A stretch of 59,115 nucleotides of DNA from Bacilli bacterium (GTDB taxonomy: Bacteria > Bacillota_I > Bacilli_A > RF39 > UBA660), in NCBI GenBank assembly GCA_017442305.1, contig JAFRZY010000014.1:1-59115 (forward strand), written 5' to 3'. The notes beneath the pieces were generated by a model, which was given only the letters and a program-made list of their open reading frames with translations, ran no database searches and was not told the origin of the DNA. The translations under genes and the position numbers were made by a program. This document shows positions 45,591-56,565 of the stretch, in pieces (within the stretch, counting starts at the first letter, position 1; the number at the start of each line of letters is the position of its first letter).

Positions 45591-46775
45591 ATGAATCTAA
45601 AAGCATTAACTGAACAAAGAGCTGAAAAGCAAACTGAAATGGAAACTTTACTTAATACAGTAAAGACAGAAGAAAGAGCATTCACAGAAGATGAGAATGA
45701 GTTATTTAAAAAATTAGAAAGTGAAATTGGTTTAATCAATGAAACAATCTCAGCCATTACAAAAGGTAGAGAGTTAACTGAAGAGCCAACACCAGAACAA
45801 AAAGAAGAAGAAAAGAAGGAGGAAGATGAAATGAAAGAAAACGAAGAAAGAGCTTTACAAGAAGAAAAAGCATTCGAGAATTATATCAGAGGTGTAGTTC
45901 TAGAAGAAAGAGCAGATGTTAATTTAACAAAAGGAGATAATGGAGCAGTAATTCCAGTAACTATTGCTAAAAAGATTATTAAACAAGTTTATGATATCTG
46001 TCCTATTTTAGAAAAATCAACTAAGTATAATATCAAAGGAAAATTAGAAATCCCATATTATTCAGAAACAGCAGATGCAAAAGTAAACATGGCATATGCT
46101 ACAGAATTTAAATCATTAGAAAGTAATGTTGGTAAATTTGCTAGTATTGAATTAACAGGATATTTAGCAGGAGCATTAGCTAAAATATCTAAATCATTAG
46201 TAAATAATAGTGACTTCAATATCGTAAATGAAGTTATCAACATTATGTCTGAATCAATTGCATTATTCGTAGAAAACGAATTATTAAATGGTACAGATGG
46301 AAAAGTAACAGGATTAGATAAAGGAGTAAAATTAATCGTTACAGCTGAAAGTGCAAATGTTATTACAGCAGATGAAATCATCAAAACAAAAAGAAAAGTA
46401 AAACAAAAATTCCAAAAGAATGCTGTATGGTTAATGTCACCAGAAACATTAACATCAATCTCATTATTGAAAGATGCTAATGATAGATATTTATTACAAG
46501 ATGATATAACAAGTGACTTCGGATATACATTATTAGGGAAACCAGTTTATGAAACTGATAACATGAAAGATATTGGAGCAGGAAATACTGCTATTTTTTA
46601 TGGAGATTTATCAGGATTAGCAACTAAGTTTACTGAAGAACTTGAAATGGAAGTTCTAAGAGAAAAATATGCTGACCAACATGCTATTGGTGTAGTAGCA
46701 TGGATGGAATTTGATGCTAAAGTTGAAGATGCTCAAAAGATTTCTAAATTAGTTTGTCCAGGAACTGCTGAATAA
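45591..46775 (+). CDS. Major capsid protein (HK97 fold) with N-terminal delta/scaffold domain
   Basis: Coiled-coil acidic N-terminal ~100 aa followed by a capsid body. 394 aa. Confidence 0.8.
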   Translation: MNLKALTEQRAEKQTEMETLLNTVKTEERAFTEDENELFKKLESEIGLINETISAITKGRELTEEPTPEQKEEEKKEEDEMKENEERALQEEKAFENYIRGVVLEERADVNLTKGDNGAVIPVTIAKKIIKQVYDICPILEKSTKYNIKGKLEIPYYSETADAKVNMAYATEFKSLESNVGKFASIELTGYLAGALAKISKSLVNNSDFNIVNEVINIMSESIALFVENELLNGTDGKVTGLDKGVKLIVTAESANVITADEIIKTKRKVKQKFQKNAVWLMSPETLTSISLLKDANDRYLLQDDITSDFGYTLLGKPVYETDNMKDIGAGNTAIFYGDLSGLATKFTEELEMEVLREKYADQHAIGVVAWMEFDAKVEDAQKISKLVCPGTAE

Positions 46776-47092
46776 TGTTTAAAGTATTAAAGAGTTTTAG
46801 TGGAAAAGTATCTGGCTCAAAAGGTCATGTTATTGAATTAAAAGATAAAGCAATAATCAGTGACCTTTTAAAAGCTGGTTACATAGAAGAATACTCTGAA
46901 AAAAACAGAAGCCAAGCAGAATTAAAAAAAGAGAATGAATCTCTAAAAAAAGAAAACGATGAACTAAAATTAGAAATTGAAGAGTTAAAAGCTCAATTAG
47001 CAGAAGCTACAAAAGAACCTGAAACGGATCCAGAAGCACCAATAGATCCGGAAGCTGGAAAAGATCCAGAAGATAATCAAAAAGATAAATAA
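46775..47092 (+). CDS. Hypothetical head-associated coiled-coil protein
   Basis: 105 aa with a central heptad region and a DPE-repeat tail. Confidence 0.5.
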   Translation: MFKVLKSFSGKVSGSKGHVIELKDKAIISDLLKAGYIEEYSEKNRSQAELKKENESLKKENDELKLEIEELKAQLAEATKEPETDPEAPIDPEAGKDPEDNQKDK

Positions 47093-47136
47093 GGTCATTA
47101 GTTGTTCAGGCAAGACCTCAAAGAAGGAGGAAACTA

Positions 47137-47424
47137 ATGAAAGTAAGTACAATAACATGTGATGATATAGCTAACTATATCAGATTACAAGAAGTCGATG
47201 AAGCAGATAGGAAATTACTTAATGCTTTAATAACTATTGCTAAAAAATTTATAACAGAAAATACAGGAGTAAAGGATTTAGATGAATACGATGATTTTTT
47301 AATTGTCGTTTTTATTTTATGCCAGGACATGTATGATAATAGGACTTTATATGTGGATAAAAACAATCTAAATAAAGTTGTAGAAACCATACTTGGAATG
47401 CACTCTAGAAATAACATATGTTAA
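47137..47424 (+). CDS. Head-tail connector protein (gp6-like)
   Basis: 95 aa. Assigned by order and size within the HK97-type module. Confidence 0.6.
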   Translation: MKVSTITCDDIANYIRLQEVDEADRKLLNALITIAKKFITENTGVKDLDEYDDFLIVVFILCQDMYDNRTLYVDKNNLNKVVETILGMHSRNNIC

Positions 47425-47744
47425 ACCCAGGAGATTATAGTAAAAAAATATCAATATACAAAGTAGCTATAAAGGATGATAGTGCAGGATTTAAAAATCC
47501 AGAAGACACTCTCATCCTAACTACTTGGGCTAAAGTCAAAACAACAAAAGGATTTACTTTGATAGCAAATAATAGTGATTTTGAAAAAGCCTACACTAAC
47601 TTCACAATTCGTTATCCAAAAACTGAAATAACCAGGGATATGATAATTCTGTTTAATAAGAAAAGATATACCATAGAGTATTTGAATAACATTGATGAAG
47701 AAAATATCGAATTAGAAATCCAAGCAAAAGAAGTCACAAAATAA
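47418..47744 (+). CDS. Head closure/head-tail adaptor protein
   Basis: 108 aa. Assigned by order and size. Confidence 0.6.
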   Translation: MLNPGDYSKKISIYKVAIKDDSAGFKNPEDTLILTTWAKVKTTKGFTLIANNSDFEKAYTNFTIRYPKTEITRDMIILFNKKRYTIEYLNNIDEENIELEIQAKEVTK

Positions 47745-48154
47745 TGGCAGGATTTAATGCTGAATTACCTACTGAGCTAATAAAAACATTCCAGAAGCTA
47801 GAATCCAATACTGAAGAAATGCTAAGTGAAATGACCAGAGCAGGAGCCGAAGTGGTATATAAACAAGTTAAATCAAATATGAAATCTAGTTTTAAAAGTA
47901 CAGAATCTTTGGATAAAGGATTGAAGATTACGAAATCATACAAGACACCAACAGATGATGGAATAAATACAAAAGTTGGATTCTATGGATATAACGATGA
48001 AGGTGTGCCAATTCCACTAATAGCATTAGCTAGAGAATTTGGAACCAGCCGAGGAGAAAAGAAGAAGCCATTCTTCAGAAAAGCATTCAGACAGGAAACA
48101 GCAATAACCAATGCAATGATTAAAGCTCAGGAGAAATACATAAAAAATGAATGA
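47744..48154 (+). CDS. HK97 gp10-family tail-head joining protein
   Basis: 136 aa. Assigned by order and N-terminal pattern. Confidence 0.55.
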   Translation: MAGFNAELPTELIKTFQKLESNTEEMLSEMTRAGAEVVYKQVKSNMKSSFKSTESLDKGLKITKSYKTPTDDGINTKVGFYGYNDEGVPIPLIALAREFGTSRGEKKKPFFRKAFRQETAITNAMIKAQEKYIKNE

Positions 48155-48497
48155 TTATGAATTATTAAAATCTATATTCGATAATTTTGAAGTGGAAGGC
48201 AAAAAGATTCCGGCAGAGTTTATAACATATACCGGAAAAAGCAAAACATATATTACTTATGCTTTTACAGATGATGATCCTACATTGTTTGCAGAAGACC
48301 AAGGAGTTGGAAGTGTAGCATATATAGATATTGATATCTTCAGTAATGGTAATTATTTAGCAATAGAGAAAAAAATAAAAGAAGTTATGAAAGAAAATAA
48401 CTTCATAAGAACAGGTAGTAGCCCTGATATGTATGAAAATGATACAGGGTTATATCATAAGACTTTAGAATTTGCAAAAGAAAGGATGGAAATATAA
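48147..48497 (+). CDS. Tail completion/terminator protein (putative)
   Basis: 116 aa, directly before the major tail protein gene. Confidence 0.4.
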   Translation: MNDYELLKSIFDNFEVEGKKIPAEFITYTGKSKTYITYAFTDDDPTLFAEDQGVGSVAYIDIDIFSNGNYLAIEKKIKEVMKENNFIRTGSSPDMYENDTGLYHKTLEFAKERMEI

Positions 48498-49046
48498 ATG
48501 GCAAGAATAGGGTTGAAAAATTTTAGATATGGAATCTTAGATGAAGAAACAGAAACATATGCTGAGGTTAAGACACCAGGAAAAGCTGTCGATTGTAAGG
48601 TTTCATTAGATCTAAATTCAGCAGAATTATATGCTGATGATGGATTAGCAGAAAGTGATTACACTTTCAAAAAGGGAACTGTATCAATTACGGTAGATGA
48701 GGATGATGACCAAACATACTCAGACTTAACAGGTCATGAGATGTCAGAAGCCGGAGAAATAATCCGTAAAGATACAGATATAGCTCCATATGTAGGATTC
48801 GGAAGAATAATTACAAAAGTAGTAAATGGAGTATACAAATATAAGGTAGAGTTCTTAAGTAAAGTAAAATTTAAGGATGCATTACCAGATGAAAAAACAA
48901 AAGGAGAAAGTGTAGAATTTACTACAACAACTCTAGAAGGTACAGTCCTAAAATTAGAGGATGGTACTTGGTCTAAAACTCAAACATTTGCAACATTTAA
49001 TGAAGCAGTTGAGTATTTAGAAGGATTATTTGAAAAGACAGCATAA
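48498..49046 (+). CDS. Major tail protein
   Basis: 182 aa, directly before the chaperone and tape-measure pair. Confidence 0.65.
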   Translation: MARIGLKNFRYGILDEETETYAEVKTPGKAVDCKVSLDLNSAELYADDGLAESDYTFKKGTVSITVDEDDDQTYSDLTGHEMSEAGEIIRKDTDIAPYVGFGRIITKVVNGVYKYKVEFLSKVKFKDALPDEKTKGESVEFTTTTLEGTVLKLEDGTWSKTQTFATFNEAVEYLEGLFEKTA

Positions 49047-49084
49047 GGTGGATAAATGTCCACCTTTAATATTTAGGAGGAAAA

Positions 49085-49438
49085 ATGAAAGACTATAAAT
49101 TTGAATTTGAAATAGAAAATGAAAAATATGCATTAGTATTTAATTTAAATGTAATGGAAGCCATACAAAAACAATATGGCACCGTACAAAAGTGGGGAAA
49201 ACTGACTGATAATAAAGGTGGCAAAGAACCGAATGCAAAAGCTCTAATATTTGGTTTTACAGAAATGATAAATGAAGCCATTGAAATAGAGAACGATGAA
49301 AAAGGCAATAATAAGCCTTTGTTAACTCAAAAACAAGTGGGTAGATTAATAACTCGAGTTGGTGTTCAAGAAACAGCCAAAAAGCTAAATAAAGCAATAA
49401 CAGAGAGTGTTAAAGATGATCACCCAAAAAACATATAG
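49085..49438 (+). CDS. Tail assembly chaperone (G-like, zero-frame product)
   Basis: 117 aa, located between the major tail and tape measure genes. It ends just after a slippery heptamer. Confidence 0.7.
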   Translation: MKDYKFEFEIENEKYALVFNLNVMEAIQKQYGTVQKWGKLTDNKGGKEPNAKALIFGFTEMINEAIEIENDEKGNNKPLLTQKQVGRLITRVGVQETAKKLNKAITESVKDDHPKNI

Positions 49439-49650
49439 TCCACGAGGAAGATGAACCGATCGATTTCTCGTGGATTTTATTTACAGGAATAAATCTTCTA
49501 GGTCTATCAGCTAAAGAAGTCGGTAGACTAACATACAGAAAATTTAGAAATCTCTACTATCATTACCAAAGATTTTATGATTTCAAATTAAGAAAAATTA
49601 GTTACCAAAAATTAGAGGAAATGGCAATTGAAGAAGAGGAATGGTTATAA
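49085..49650 (+). CDS. Tail assembly chaperone GT-like product made by a programmed -1 frameshift at A AAA AAC (49426-49432)
   Basis: The -1 frame is open from 49426 to TAA at 49648-50 (75 codons). This fills an otherwise unexplained 220-nt gap. Confidence 0.65.
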
Positions 49651-49665
49651 GAAGGAGGGATGTAT

Positions 49666-52371
49666 ATGGCTGGATCATTTGGAGGCTCTGTTAAGTTAAC
49701 AGGAGAAAGTGAATACACTAAAGCTCTAAAAACAATTACAAGCAATCTGACAGTTATGGCTAGTGAAATGAAAGTTGTATCGAGTCAATTTGATAAGAAT
49801 GATAAATCAGTTCAAGCCATAACTTCTCGAAACAATGTCTTAAATAAAGAAATAGAAGAAGGTAATAAAAAGATATCCACATACAAATCAGCATTAGAAG
49901 ACTTCAATAAACAACAAGACAAAAATGCAGTAGCTATGATGGATATGATGATGAATCTAGAAAAAGAAAATAAGAAGCTAGAAGAATTAAAAAATAACAC
50001 TTCCTCAACTTCTGAAGAGATAAAAGCTCAAGAGAAAGTAGTAAGTGAATTATCAACTGAATTAGCCAAAGCAGAGTCTCAATATGAGAAAAATAAGATA
50101 ACAATAAATAAGTATCAGAAGGAATTAAATCTAGCTCAGGCAGAAGTTAATAACTTAACTACAGAATTAAGTAATAACCAAAAAGAATTAGAAGATAATA
50201 GAAGCTCTTACCAAAAGATGAACGATACGATAGATGAGCAAAAAACAAAATTATCTACTTTAAGAGATAAATATGCATCAGTAGTATTAGAACAGGGTAA
50301 GAATTCAGCAGAAGCTAAAACACTAAAAGCAGAAATTAAAAATCTAAGTGAAAATATCAAAGAAAATGAAACCAGAATGTCGAAAGCCACAAAGGAAATT
50401 GATGAATTTACACGATCAGAAAAAGAAGCTGGAACACAAACTTTGAAACTTGGAGATTTAATTAAAGCTAATCTAACAAGTGAAGCTATAATTGCTGGAG
50501 TAAAAGGATTAGCAAGTGCTATGGGAGCCGTAGCCAAAGGAATTGTAGATCTAGGAAAACAAGCCATACAGAGTTATGCAGAATATGAACAATTAGTAGG
50601 TGGTGTAGAAACCTTATTTGGAGATAGTGCTGGAGCAGTTTCTGAATATGCTAACAATGCATATAAAACAGCAGGATTAAGTGCAAATGAGTACATGTCT
50701 ACAGTAACAAGTTTCTCAGCAAGTTTATTACAGAGCCTTGATAATGACACAGCTCAATCGGCTAAGATAGCTGATATGGCAATAAGAGATATGTCAGACA
50801 ATGCTAATAAGATGGGTACAGACATGTCACTAATACAAAGTGCTTATCAGGGATTTGCAAAACAAAATTATACCATGCTTGATAACCTAAAACTTGGATA
50901 TGGTGGAACCAAAACAGAAATGGAAAGGCTGTTAGCAGATGCACAAAAAATAAGTGGAATAAAATATGATATCAGCAATTTAAGTGATGTGTATGAAGCC
51001 ATACATGTCATACAAACAGAGATGAAAATATCCGGATTATCATATGAAGAAGCAATGGCTAAAGTTGCAAGTGGAGAAATGACATTAGAAGAAGCTACAG
51101 AAGCTATGGGAACCACAGCTAAAGAAGCTACACAAACTATAAGTGGATCCGTTAGTGCAATGAAGTCAGCTTGGTCGAATTTAATCACAGGAGTAGCAGA
51201 TGAGAATGCTAACTTCGAGGGATTGATAACAAACTTCGTAGATAGTGTAATGATAATGGCAGAAAACATAGTTCCAAGAATAAGTATAGCCTTAGATGGA
51301 ATCATAGAATTGGTGTTAGGATTAGCAGATACACTATTACCAGAAATATTAAACATAGGAGTAGAATTAATACAAAAATTAATTACAGGAATAACAGGAA
51401 ATATTGGAAGTCTGATGACAGGACTGAATCAAGTAATAAATACGATACTTAATGCATTGATAACAATGCTCCCACAAATCATATCAGCAGGAATTCAGAT
51501 AATAGTATCTTTGATCCAGGGAATAGCAACATCATTACCAACACTAATTCCACAGATAATTGAATGTGTAATTTTAATGGCAACAACATTGCTAGATAAC
51601 ATCGGATTAATAATAGATGCAGGAATCCAACTAATAATTGGCTTAGCAGAAGGACTTATGAATGCTCTTCCAGACCTGATAGATAAGATACCAGTAATTA
51701 TTGATAAATTAATTCAGGCAATAGTAGATAATCTACCAAAAATAATAGCAATGGGTATTGAACTAACAATTCAATTAGCAGTAGGTCTTGTGAAAGCAAT
51801 ACCAAATCTAATAAAGGCAATACCACAAATCATTACATCGTTAGTTACAGGAATAGCTAGTTACTATTCGAACATGGTAGCCAAAGGTAAAGAATTACTT
51901 GGAAAAATTAAAGATGGAATAGTAGAAGGAATCAAAAAAATCCCAGAAGTAGGTAAGAATTTAGTTCAGGGATTATGGAATGGAATAAATAATGCTAAGG
52001 ATTGGGTAATTGGAAAAATAAAAGGATTTGGAGATTCCATTTTAAAAGGAATTAAGTCATTCTTTGGAATCAATTCTCCATCAAAATTATTCGAAGACCA
52101 GATAGGTAAAAATTTGGCATTAGGTATTGGAGAAGGATTTACAGATGAGATGGATAATGTAGCTACAGATATAGAAAATGCAATACCTACAGAGTTTGAC
52201 TTAGGATTAAATACAAATATTAATTCTGCAGGAAGCCTAGAAACAAACTTCAGCAAAGAAGTATTGGTAGATGCATTTAAAGAAGCATTATCTGGAATGA
52301 CATTTAAAGCATTTGATGAAACCTTCGGAGAATTAGTAGTAGATAATGTGGAAAAGGTGGTGTATTCATAA
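49666..52371 (+). CDS. Tail tape measure protein
   Basis: About 900 aa with a coiled-coil N-terminal half and a hydrophobic, glycine-rich repeat-bearing C-terminal half. Confidence 0.85.
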   Translation: MAGSFGGSVKLTGESEYTKALKTITSNLTVMASEMKVVSSQFDKNDKSVQAITSRNNVLNKEIEEGNKKISTYKSALEDFNKQQDKNAVAMMDMMMNLEKENKKLEELKNNTSSTSEEIKAQEKVVSELSTELAKAESQYEKNKITINKYQKELNLAQAEVNNLTTELSNNQKELEDNRSSYQKMNDTIDEQKTKLSTLRDKYASVVLEQGKNSAEAKTLKAEIKNLSENIKENETRMSKATKEIDEFTRSEKEAGTQTLKLGDLIKANLTSEAIIAGVKGLASAMGAVAKGIVDLGKQAIQSYAEYEQLVGGVETLFGDSAGAVSEYANNAYKTAGLSANEYMSTVTSFSASLLQSLDNDTAQSAKIADMAIRDMSDNANKMGTDMSLIQSAYQGFAKQNYTMLDNLKLGYGGTKTEMERLLADAQKISGIKYDISNLSDVYEAIHVIQTEMKISGLSYEEAMAKVASGEMTLEEATEAMGTTAKEATQTISGSVSAMKSAWSNLITGVADENANFEGLITNFVDSVMIMAENIVPRISIALDGIIELVLGLADTLLPEILNIGVELIQKLITGITGNIGSLMTGLNQVINTILNALITMLPQIISAGIQIIVSLIQGIATSLPTLIPQIIECVILMATTLLDNIGLIIDAGIQLIIGLAEGLMNALPDLIDKIPVIIDKLIQAIVDNLPKIIAMGIELTIQLAVGLVKAIPNLIKAIPQIITSLVTGIASYYSNMVAKGKELLGKIKDGIVEGIKKIPEVGKNLVQGLWNGINNAKDWVIGKIKGFGDSILKGIKSFFGINSPSKLFEDQIGKNLALGIGEGFTDEMDNVATDIENAIPTEFDLGLNTNINSAGSLETNFSKEVLVDAFKEALSGMTFKAFDETFGELVVDNVEKVVYS

Positions 52372-53069
52372 TGGCATATATAGAATGGAAGGGAATAAAG
52401 AGTGAAACTATACCAGGACTATTGATATGTGAATTACCACCTATCACAAAACCTAAAATGAGAACTTCAATAACCAAAATTGATGGAAGAGATGGGGATA
52501 TTATAGAAGACCTAGGGTATGAAAGCTACACTAAGAATGTAAAAATAGGATTAACCAGAAACTATGACTTAGATGCAATAGCAAAATATTTTACAGGAGA
52601 GGGTAACCTAACATTATCTGATGAACCAAATAAAATATATAATTGCAGAATCATGGATAAGATAGATTATGAAAAATTGCTAAGATTTAAAACTGCAGTA
52701 GTTAAGTTTTATACACAACCATATAAATATTTGAAAGATGAGGCAGTAAAGGATTTAAGCATTACTACTCAAACATCGTTAGTAGTAAATAACCAGGGAT
52801 TAGAAATGTCAAAACCAATTATTACTTTATATGGTAGTGGAAATATAGAAATAGCTATAAATGGATCTACAATTTTTGAATATACATTCCCAGAAGGAGA
52901 AACATCGGTAGTTATAGATAGCTTACAAGAAGAAGCATATCTGAATGGAGTATATAAAAATAGATATATGCTTGGAGAATTTCCTAAATTAGCAGTAGGA
53001 AACAATACTATAACCTGGACAGGTTCCTTGACCAGAATAAAGGTTGAACCAAAAAGTAGGTGGATTTAA
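52371..53069 (+). CDS. Distal tail protein (Dit)
   Basis: 232 aa, directly after the tape measure gene. Confidence 0.7.
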   Translation: MAYIEWKGIKSETIPGLLICELPPITKPKMRTSITKIDGRDGDIIEDLGYESYTKNVKIGLTRNYDLDAIAKYFTGEGNLTLSDEPNKIYNCRIMDKIDYEKLLRFKTAVVKFYTQPYKYLKDEAVKDLSITTQTSLVVNNQGLEMSKPIITLYGSGNIEIAINGSTIFEYTFPEGETSVVIDSLQEEAYLNGVYKNRYMLGEFPKLAVGNNTITWTGSLTRIKVEPKSRWI

Positions 53070-54718
53070 TGATAAAAATTTATGAAGCCAACGAAAAACT
53101 ATTCAATCACAATGGGTTAAAAATACTACATCCAACTAAAGCTGATATTTTTATAGAAGATAATGGAGATTATTATATCGATATAGAATCCACAATAGAA
53201 GATATTGATTATTTACAAGAAGGAATGATAGTAAGAGCTAATACCAGGTGGGGAGAACAGGGATTTAGATTAACGAATCCTAAAAAAAGAAATAATAAGA
53301 TATCTGTAAGAGGATACCATCTGTGGAAGGACTCGGCTAGATATGTAATAGTAAATGCATATGCTGAAAACAAAAATTGTAATGATGCCTTAGATCATTT
53401 TAATAATGCTTGTGATAGTGCTACACCATTTAAAATGATATCAGATATAGCTGATTTGAACTCGGCTAGAATTGTTAGAAAAACTTTAGAAGAAACCATA
53501 TCAGTAGTAATCGAAAAATGGGGAGGTCACCTATACAGAGATAATTGGAATATAGGTGTGAAGAAAACGATTGGTATGGATCGTGGAGTCACAATTAAAT
53601 ATGGAAAAAACTCAACAGATATTGAAGCAACAGAGGTATGGGATAATGTAGTAACAAAATTATTACCTGTCGGATATGATGGAATAACATTACCAGAAGT
53701 ATATTTAATATCAGATATGGATATTTATGATGTACCATATACGAAAGTAATAAAGTTTGACCAGGAAATAGACCAAGAACAATTCAAAGATGATAAAGGA
53801 AATCTAGATGAAGTTGCATACAAAGAAGCAATACTAAAAGATTTAAGAAGTCAAGCAGAAAGATATCTTAATGATAATCAAATATTTAAATGTAACTACA
53901 AAGTGAAAGCACACATCGAAGGTATCGTTGATTTAGGAGATGTAATAGTAGTTAAACATGAGAAACTTGGAATAGAATTATCCACAAATGTTATCTCATT
54001 AAAATATGATTGCATAAGAGATAAATATATAGAAATAGAATTTGGTAATTTTAAAAATAAACTAAAGGATCTAATAAGCACAATAAAAAATGATACTGAT
54101 AAGACAGTAGCATCAGCAAAAGAAGTAGTAACGGTGCAATTACAAGATGAACTAAATGAAGCCACATCTAAAATATGGGGAACTTTAGGAGATAGCTATG
54201 TAATATATGAAGGAAATAGAATATTAATAGTTGATAAATTACCAAAAGAAGAAGCAACTAATGTTATGATGATTAATTCAGCAGGAATAGGATTCTCAAA
54301 TTCAGGTATAAATGGAGCTTTTACTTCAGCATGGTTAATTGATGGAACTTTAGATATGCAACAAATTAATGTAATAAATATGACTGCAACACTTGTAAAA
54401 GGAGGAACATTTAAAGTAGGTTCTCATGTTAATGAAGCCGGAAGAATAGAAATCTATGATATAGCAAATACATTAATAGGAACATTTGATGAAAATGGAA
54501 TCTGTGTGTTTGGAAAAGATGGAAGTAAAGTAATAATTAATCCTGAAGAATTTGCAGGATATGATTTTAAAGGCAATAAAGTATTCTGGATGAATGGAGA
54601 TGAGTTCCATATGAAAAAGTCAGTAATAGAAGAAGAGATTACATTATGTAATAAAGCCAGATGGTTGGGAATAGAAACCACAGATAACACAGGAATAGGA
54701 ATTGTTCCGTTAACATAG
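53069..54718 (+). CDS. Tail-associated protein (Tal, prophage tail endopeptidase-type)
   Basis: About 549 aa, directly after Dit. TAATG coupling. Confidence 0.65.
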   Translation: MIKIYEANEKLFNHNGLKILHPTKADIFIEDNGDYYIDIESTIEDIDYLQEGMIVRANTRWGEQGFRLTNPKKRNNKISVRGYHLWKDSARYVIVNAYAENKNCNDALDHFNNACDSATPFKMISDIADLNSARIVRKTLEETISVVIEKWGGHLYRDNWNIGVKKTIGMDRGVTIKYGKNSTDIEATEVWDNVVTKLLPVGYDGITLPEVYLISDMDIYDVPYTKVIKFDQEIDQEQFKDDKGNLDEVAYKEAILKDLRSQAERYLNDNQIFKCNYKVKAHIEGIVDLGDVIVVKHEKLGIELSTNVISLKYDCIRDKYIEIEFGNFKNKLKDLISTIKNDTDKTVASAKEVVTVQLQDELNEATSKIWGTLGDSYVIYEGNRILIVDKLPKEEATNVMMINSAGIGFSNSGINGAFTSAWLIDGTLDMQQINVINMTATLVKGGTFKVGSHVNEAGRIEIYDIANTLIGTFDENGICVFGKDGSKVIINPEEFAGYDFKGNKVFWMNGDEFHMKKSVIEEEITLCNKARWLGIETTDNTGIGIVPLT

Positions 54719-54728
54719 GAGGTGGAGA

Positions 54729-56144
54729 ATGGAAACATTATTTAGTTCAAGACAATGGTGCAGTAGCCCTAAAGGATATTGGACAATAGAATATGAACAT
54801 CAACGATCTGGATCAGATATGCAGTATAGATTTAAATATACCGTGTGGATAAATTCTGGTGGCTGGTTTTATAATGCCATGAAGATGCCACTATATCTAG
54901 ATGGAACTAATATAGCAACACTGCAAGTTAAAACATATAATTCAAATGAAAAAGGTTGGACTTATTCTGGCACTACAGGTTGGTATACAGTAAGCAATAA
55001 AACCTCAGGAACTACATCATTTTATGCAGAATTAGTAGACACCGGAGGATATGCTCAAGCCGGATGGAATAAATATGATACATCTGCAACATTTAGTTTG
55101 ACAGTAGATCCAGCTAAAAGTGTGCTAGGTGGGATTTCAAACTTCACAATAGGAAATGCAATTCCAATATCAATAACAAAATATTCCAGTTCTTTTAGAG
55201 ATGATATGGTTATAAAATACGGAAGCACTACCGTAAAAACTATAAGTGGAATTACGAATGGTTCAAGTGTTAGTTTTACAACAGCAGAACTAAATACAAT
55301 ATATTCATTAATGAGTACCGTTAATAGTGGTACTTTTTCTTTTACAATAACAACATATAATGGAAGCACATCAGTAGGAACCAGCTCTCAAAGTGCCACC
55401 GGAAGCATAACAGGAGCTAGTCCAACGATATCTGCTTCAAACATATCGTATAAGGATAACAATAGTACCACGGTAGCAGTAACCGGAGATAATCAATATC
55501 TTGTACAGAATTTATCAAGTTTATTGGTAACGATTAGCTCGGCAACAGGAAATAAAGGAGCATCAATAACTAAGTATGAAGCCACAATAAATGGTGTTAC
55601 TAAAACATTAACAAGTGCAGGAAATATTAACTATGGTGTAATTAATTCAGGAAGTAATTTAACCTTAACAGTAAAAGTGACAGATAGTAGGGGAAATACT
55701 GCATCAGCATCCAAGACCGTAAAGTTTCTTCCGTGGTCACTGCCAACCGGAATCATTACATTAAAAAGAAAGAACAATTATGAGGATGAAACATATTTGA
55801 AAGTTCAAGCCTCATATTCAAGTATTAATTCTAAGAACTCGGTAACAATAAAATATCAATATAAACAAACTACAGCAAGTACATATTCTACTTTAACTAC
55901 TATTAATAATAATACACAGATAACATTATCATTGACCAAAAATTCAGCTTGGGATTTTAAAATAACTATAACTGATAAGTTTGGAACAACAACATATAAT
56001 GCAGTTTTATCTCGTGGTAGATTTATATTTTTTGTAGATACTAAGAAATTATCTGTAGGAATAAATTGCTTCCCTGTTAATAGTGAATCGTTAGAAATTA
56101 ATGGTATTCAAGTTTTAGAATACGATGTGGTAGATAGTTGGTAA
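54729..56144 (+). CDS. Tail fibre/receptor-binding structural protein (DUF859-like N-terminus)
   Basis: 471 aa, rich in S/T/N beta repeats, positioned in the baseplate region. Confidence 0.5.
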   Translation: METLFSSRQWCSSPKGYWTIEYEHQRSGSDMQYRFKYTVWINSGGWFYNAMKMPLYLDGTNIATLQVKTYNSNEKGWTYSGTTGWYTVSNKTSGTTSFYAELVDTGGYAQAGWNKYDTSATFSLTVDPAKSVLGGISNFTIGNAIPISITKYSSSFRDDMVIKYGSTTVKTISGITNGSSVSFTTAELNTIYSLMSTVNSGTFSFTITTYNGSTSVGTSSQSATGSITGASPTISASNISYKDNNSTTVAVTGDNQYLVQNLSSLLVTISSATGNKGASITKYEATINGVTKTLTSAGNINYGVINSGSNLTLTVKVTDSRGNTASASKTVKFLPWSLPTGIITLKRKNNYEDETYLKVQASYSSINSKNSVTIKYQYKQTTASTYSTLTTINNNTQITLSLTKNSAWDFKITITDKFGTTTYNAVLSRGRFIFFVDTKKLSVGINCFPVNSESLEINGIQVLEYDVVDSW

Positions 56145-56145
56145 T

Positions 56146-56565
56146 ATGAGTAAAGCTATTAGATTTAGGAATAGAAATAATGAACCAATTTATGTATGCC
56201 CATACTTTCCTGTCGGTAGTATATATTTATCAGTTAATAACATCAACCCAGGATCTGTATTTGGTGGAACATGGGTGCAGATAAAAGATAGATTTTTGTT
56301 AGGAGCTGGAAGCACTTATACAGCAGGTAAAACAGGAGGTTCTGCTACTCATACTTTAACAATAAATGAAATGCCTACACATAACCATAATTATAGTTCT
56401 GGAAGATGGTATTGGTCGGAAACAGCTGGAGGTGGAGATATAATAAACTCCCAAACAGAAACATCCTATATGTTTGGAAGAACTACATCTGATACAGGTG
56501 GAGGAAAAGCCCATAACAACATGCCACCATATTTAGTTGTCTATATTTGGAAAAGGACAGCATAA
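56146..56565 (+). CDS. Tail-collar/HxH fibre-domain protein
   Basis: PVGSIY...GGTW...LTINEMPTHNHNY...HNNMPPY pattern. N-terminus MSKAIRFRN is shared with the next three genes. Confidence 0.5.
   Translation: MSKAIRFRNRNNEPIYVCPYFPVGSIYLSVNNINPGSVFGGTWVQIKDRFLLGAGSTYTAGKTGGSATHTLTINEMPTHNHNYSSGRWYWSETAGGGDIINSQTETSYMFGRTTSDTGGGKAHNNMPPYLVVYIWKRTA

Noticed and set aside
50208-51356. Minus-strand ORFs of 119 and 162 aa inside the tape measure gene. Similar antisense ORFs exist in terL, the portal gene, the capsid gene and Tal.
   Set aside because: Long AT-rich genes generate stop-free antisense frames. None has a plausible RBS or recognisable motifs.
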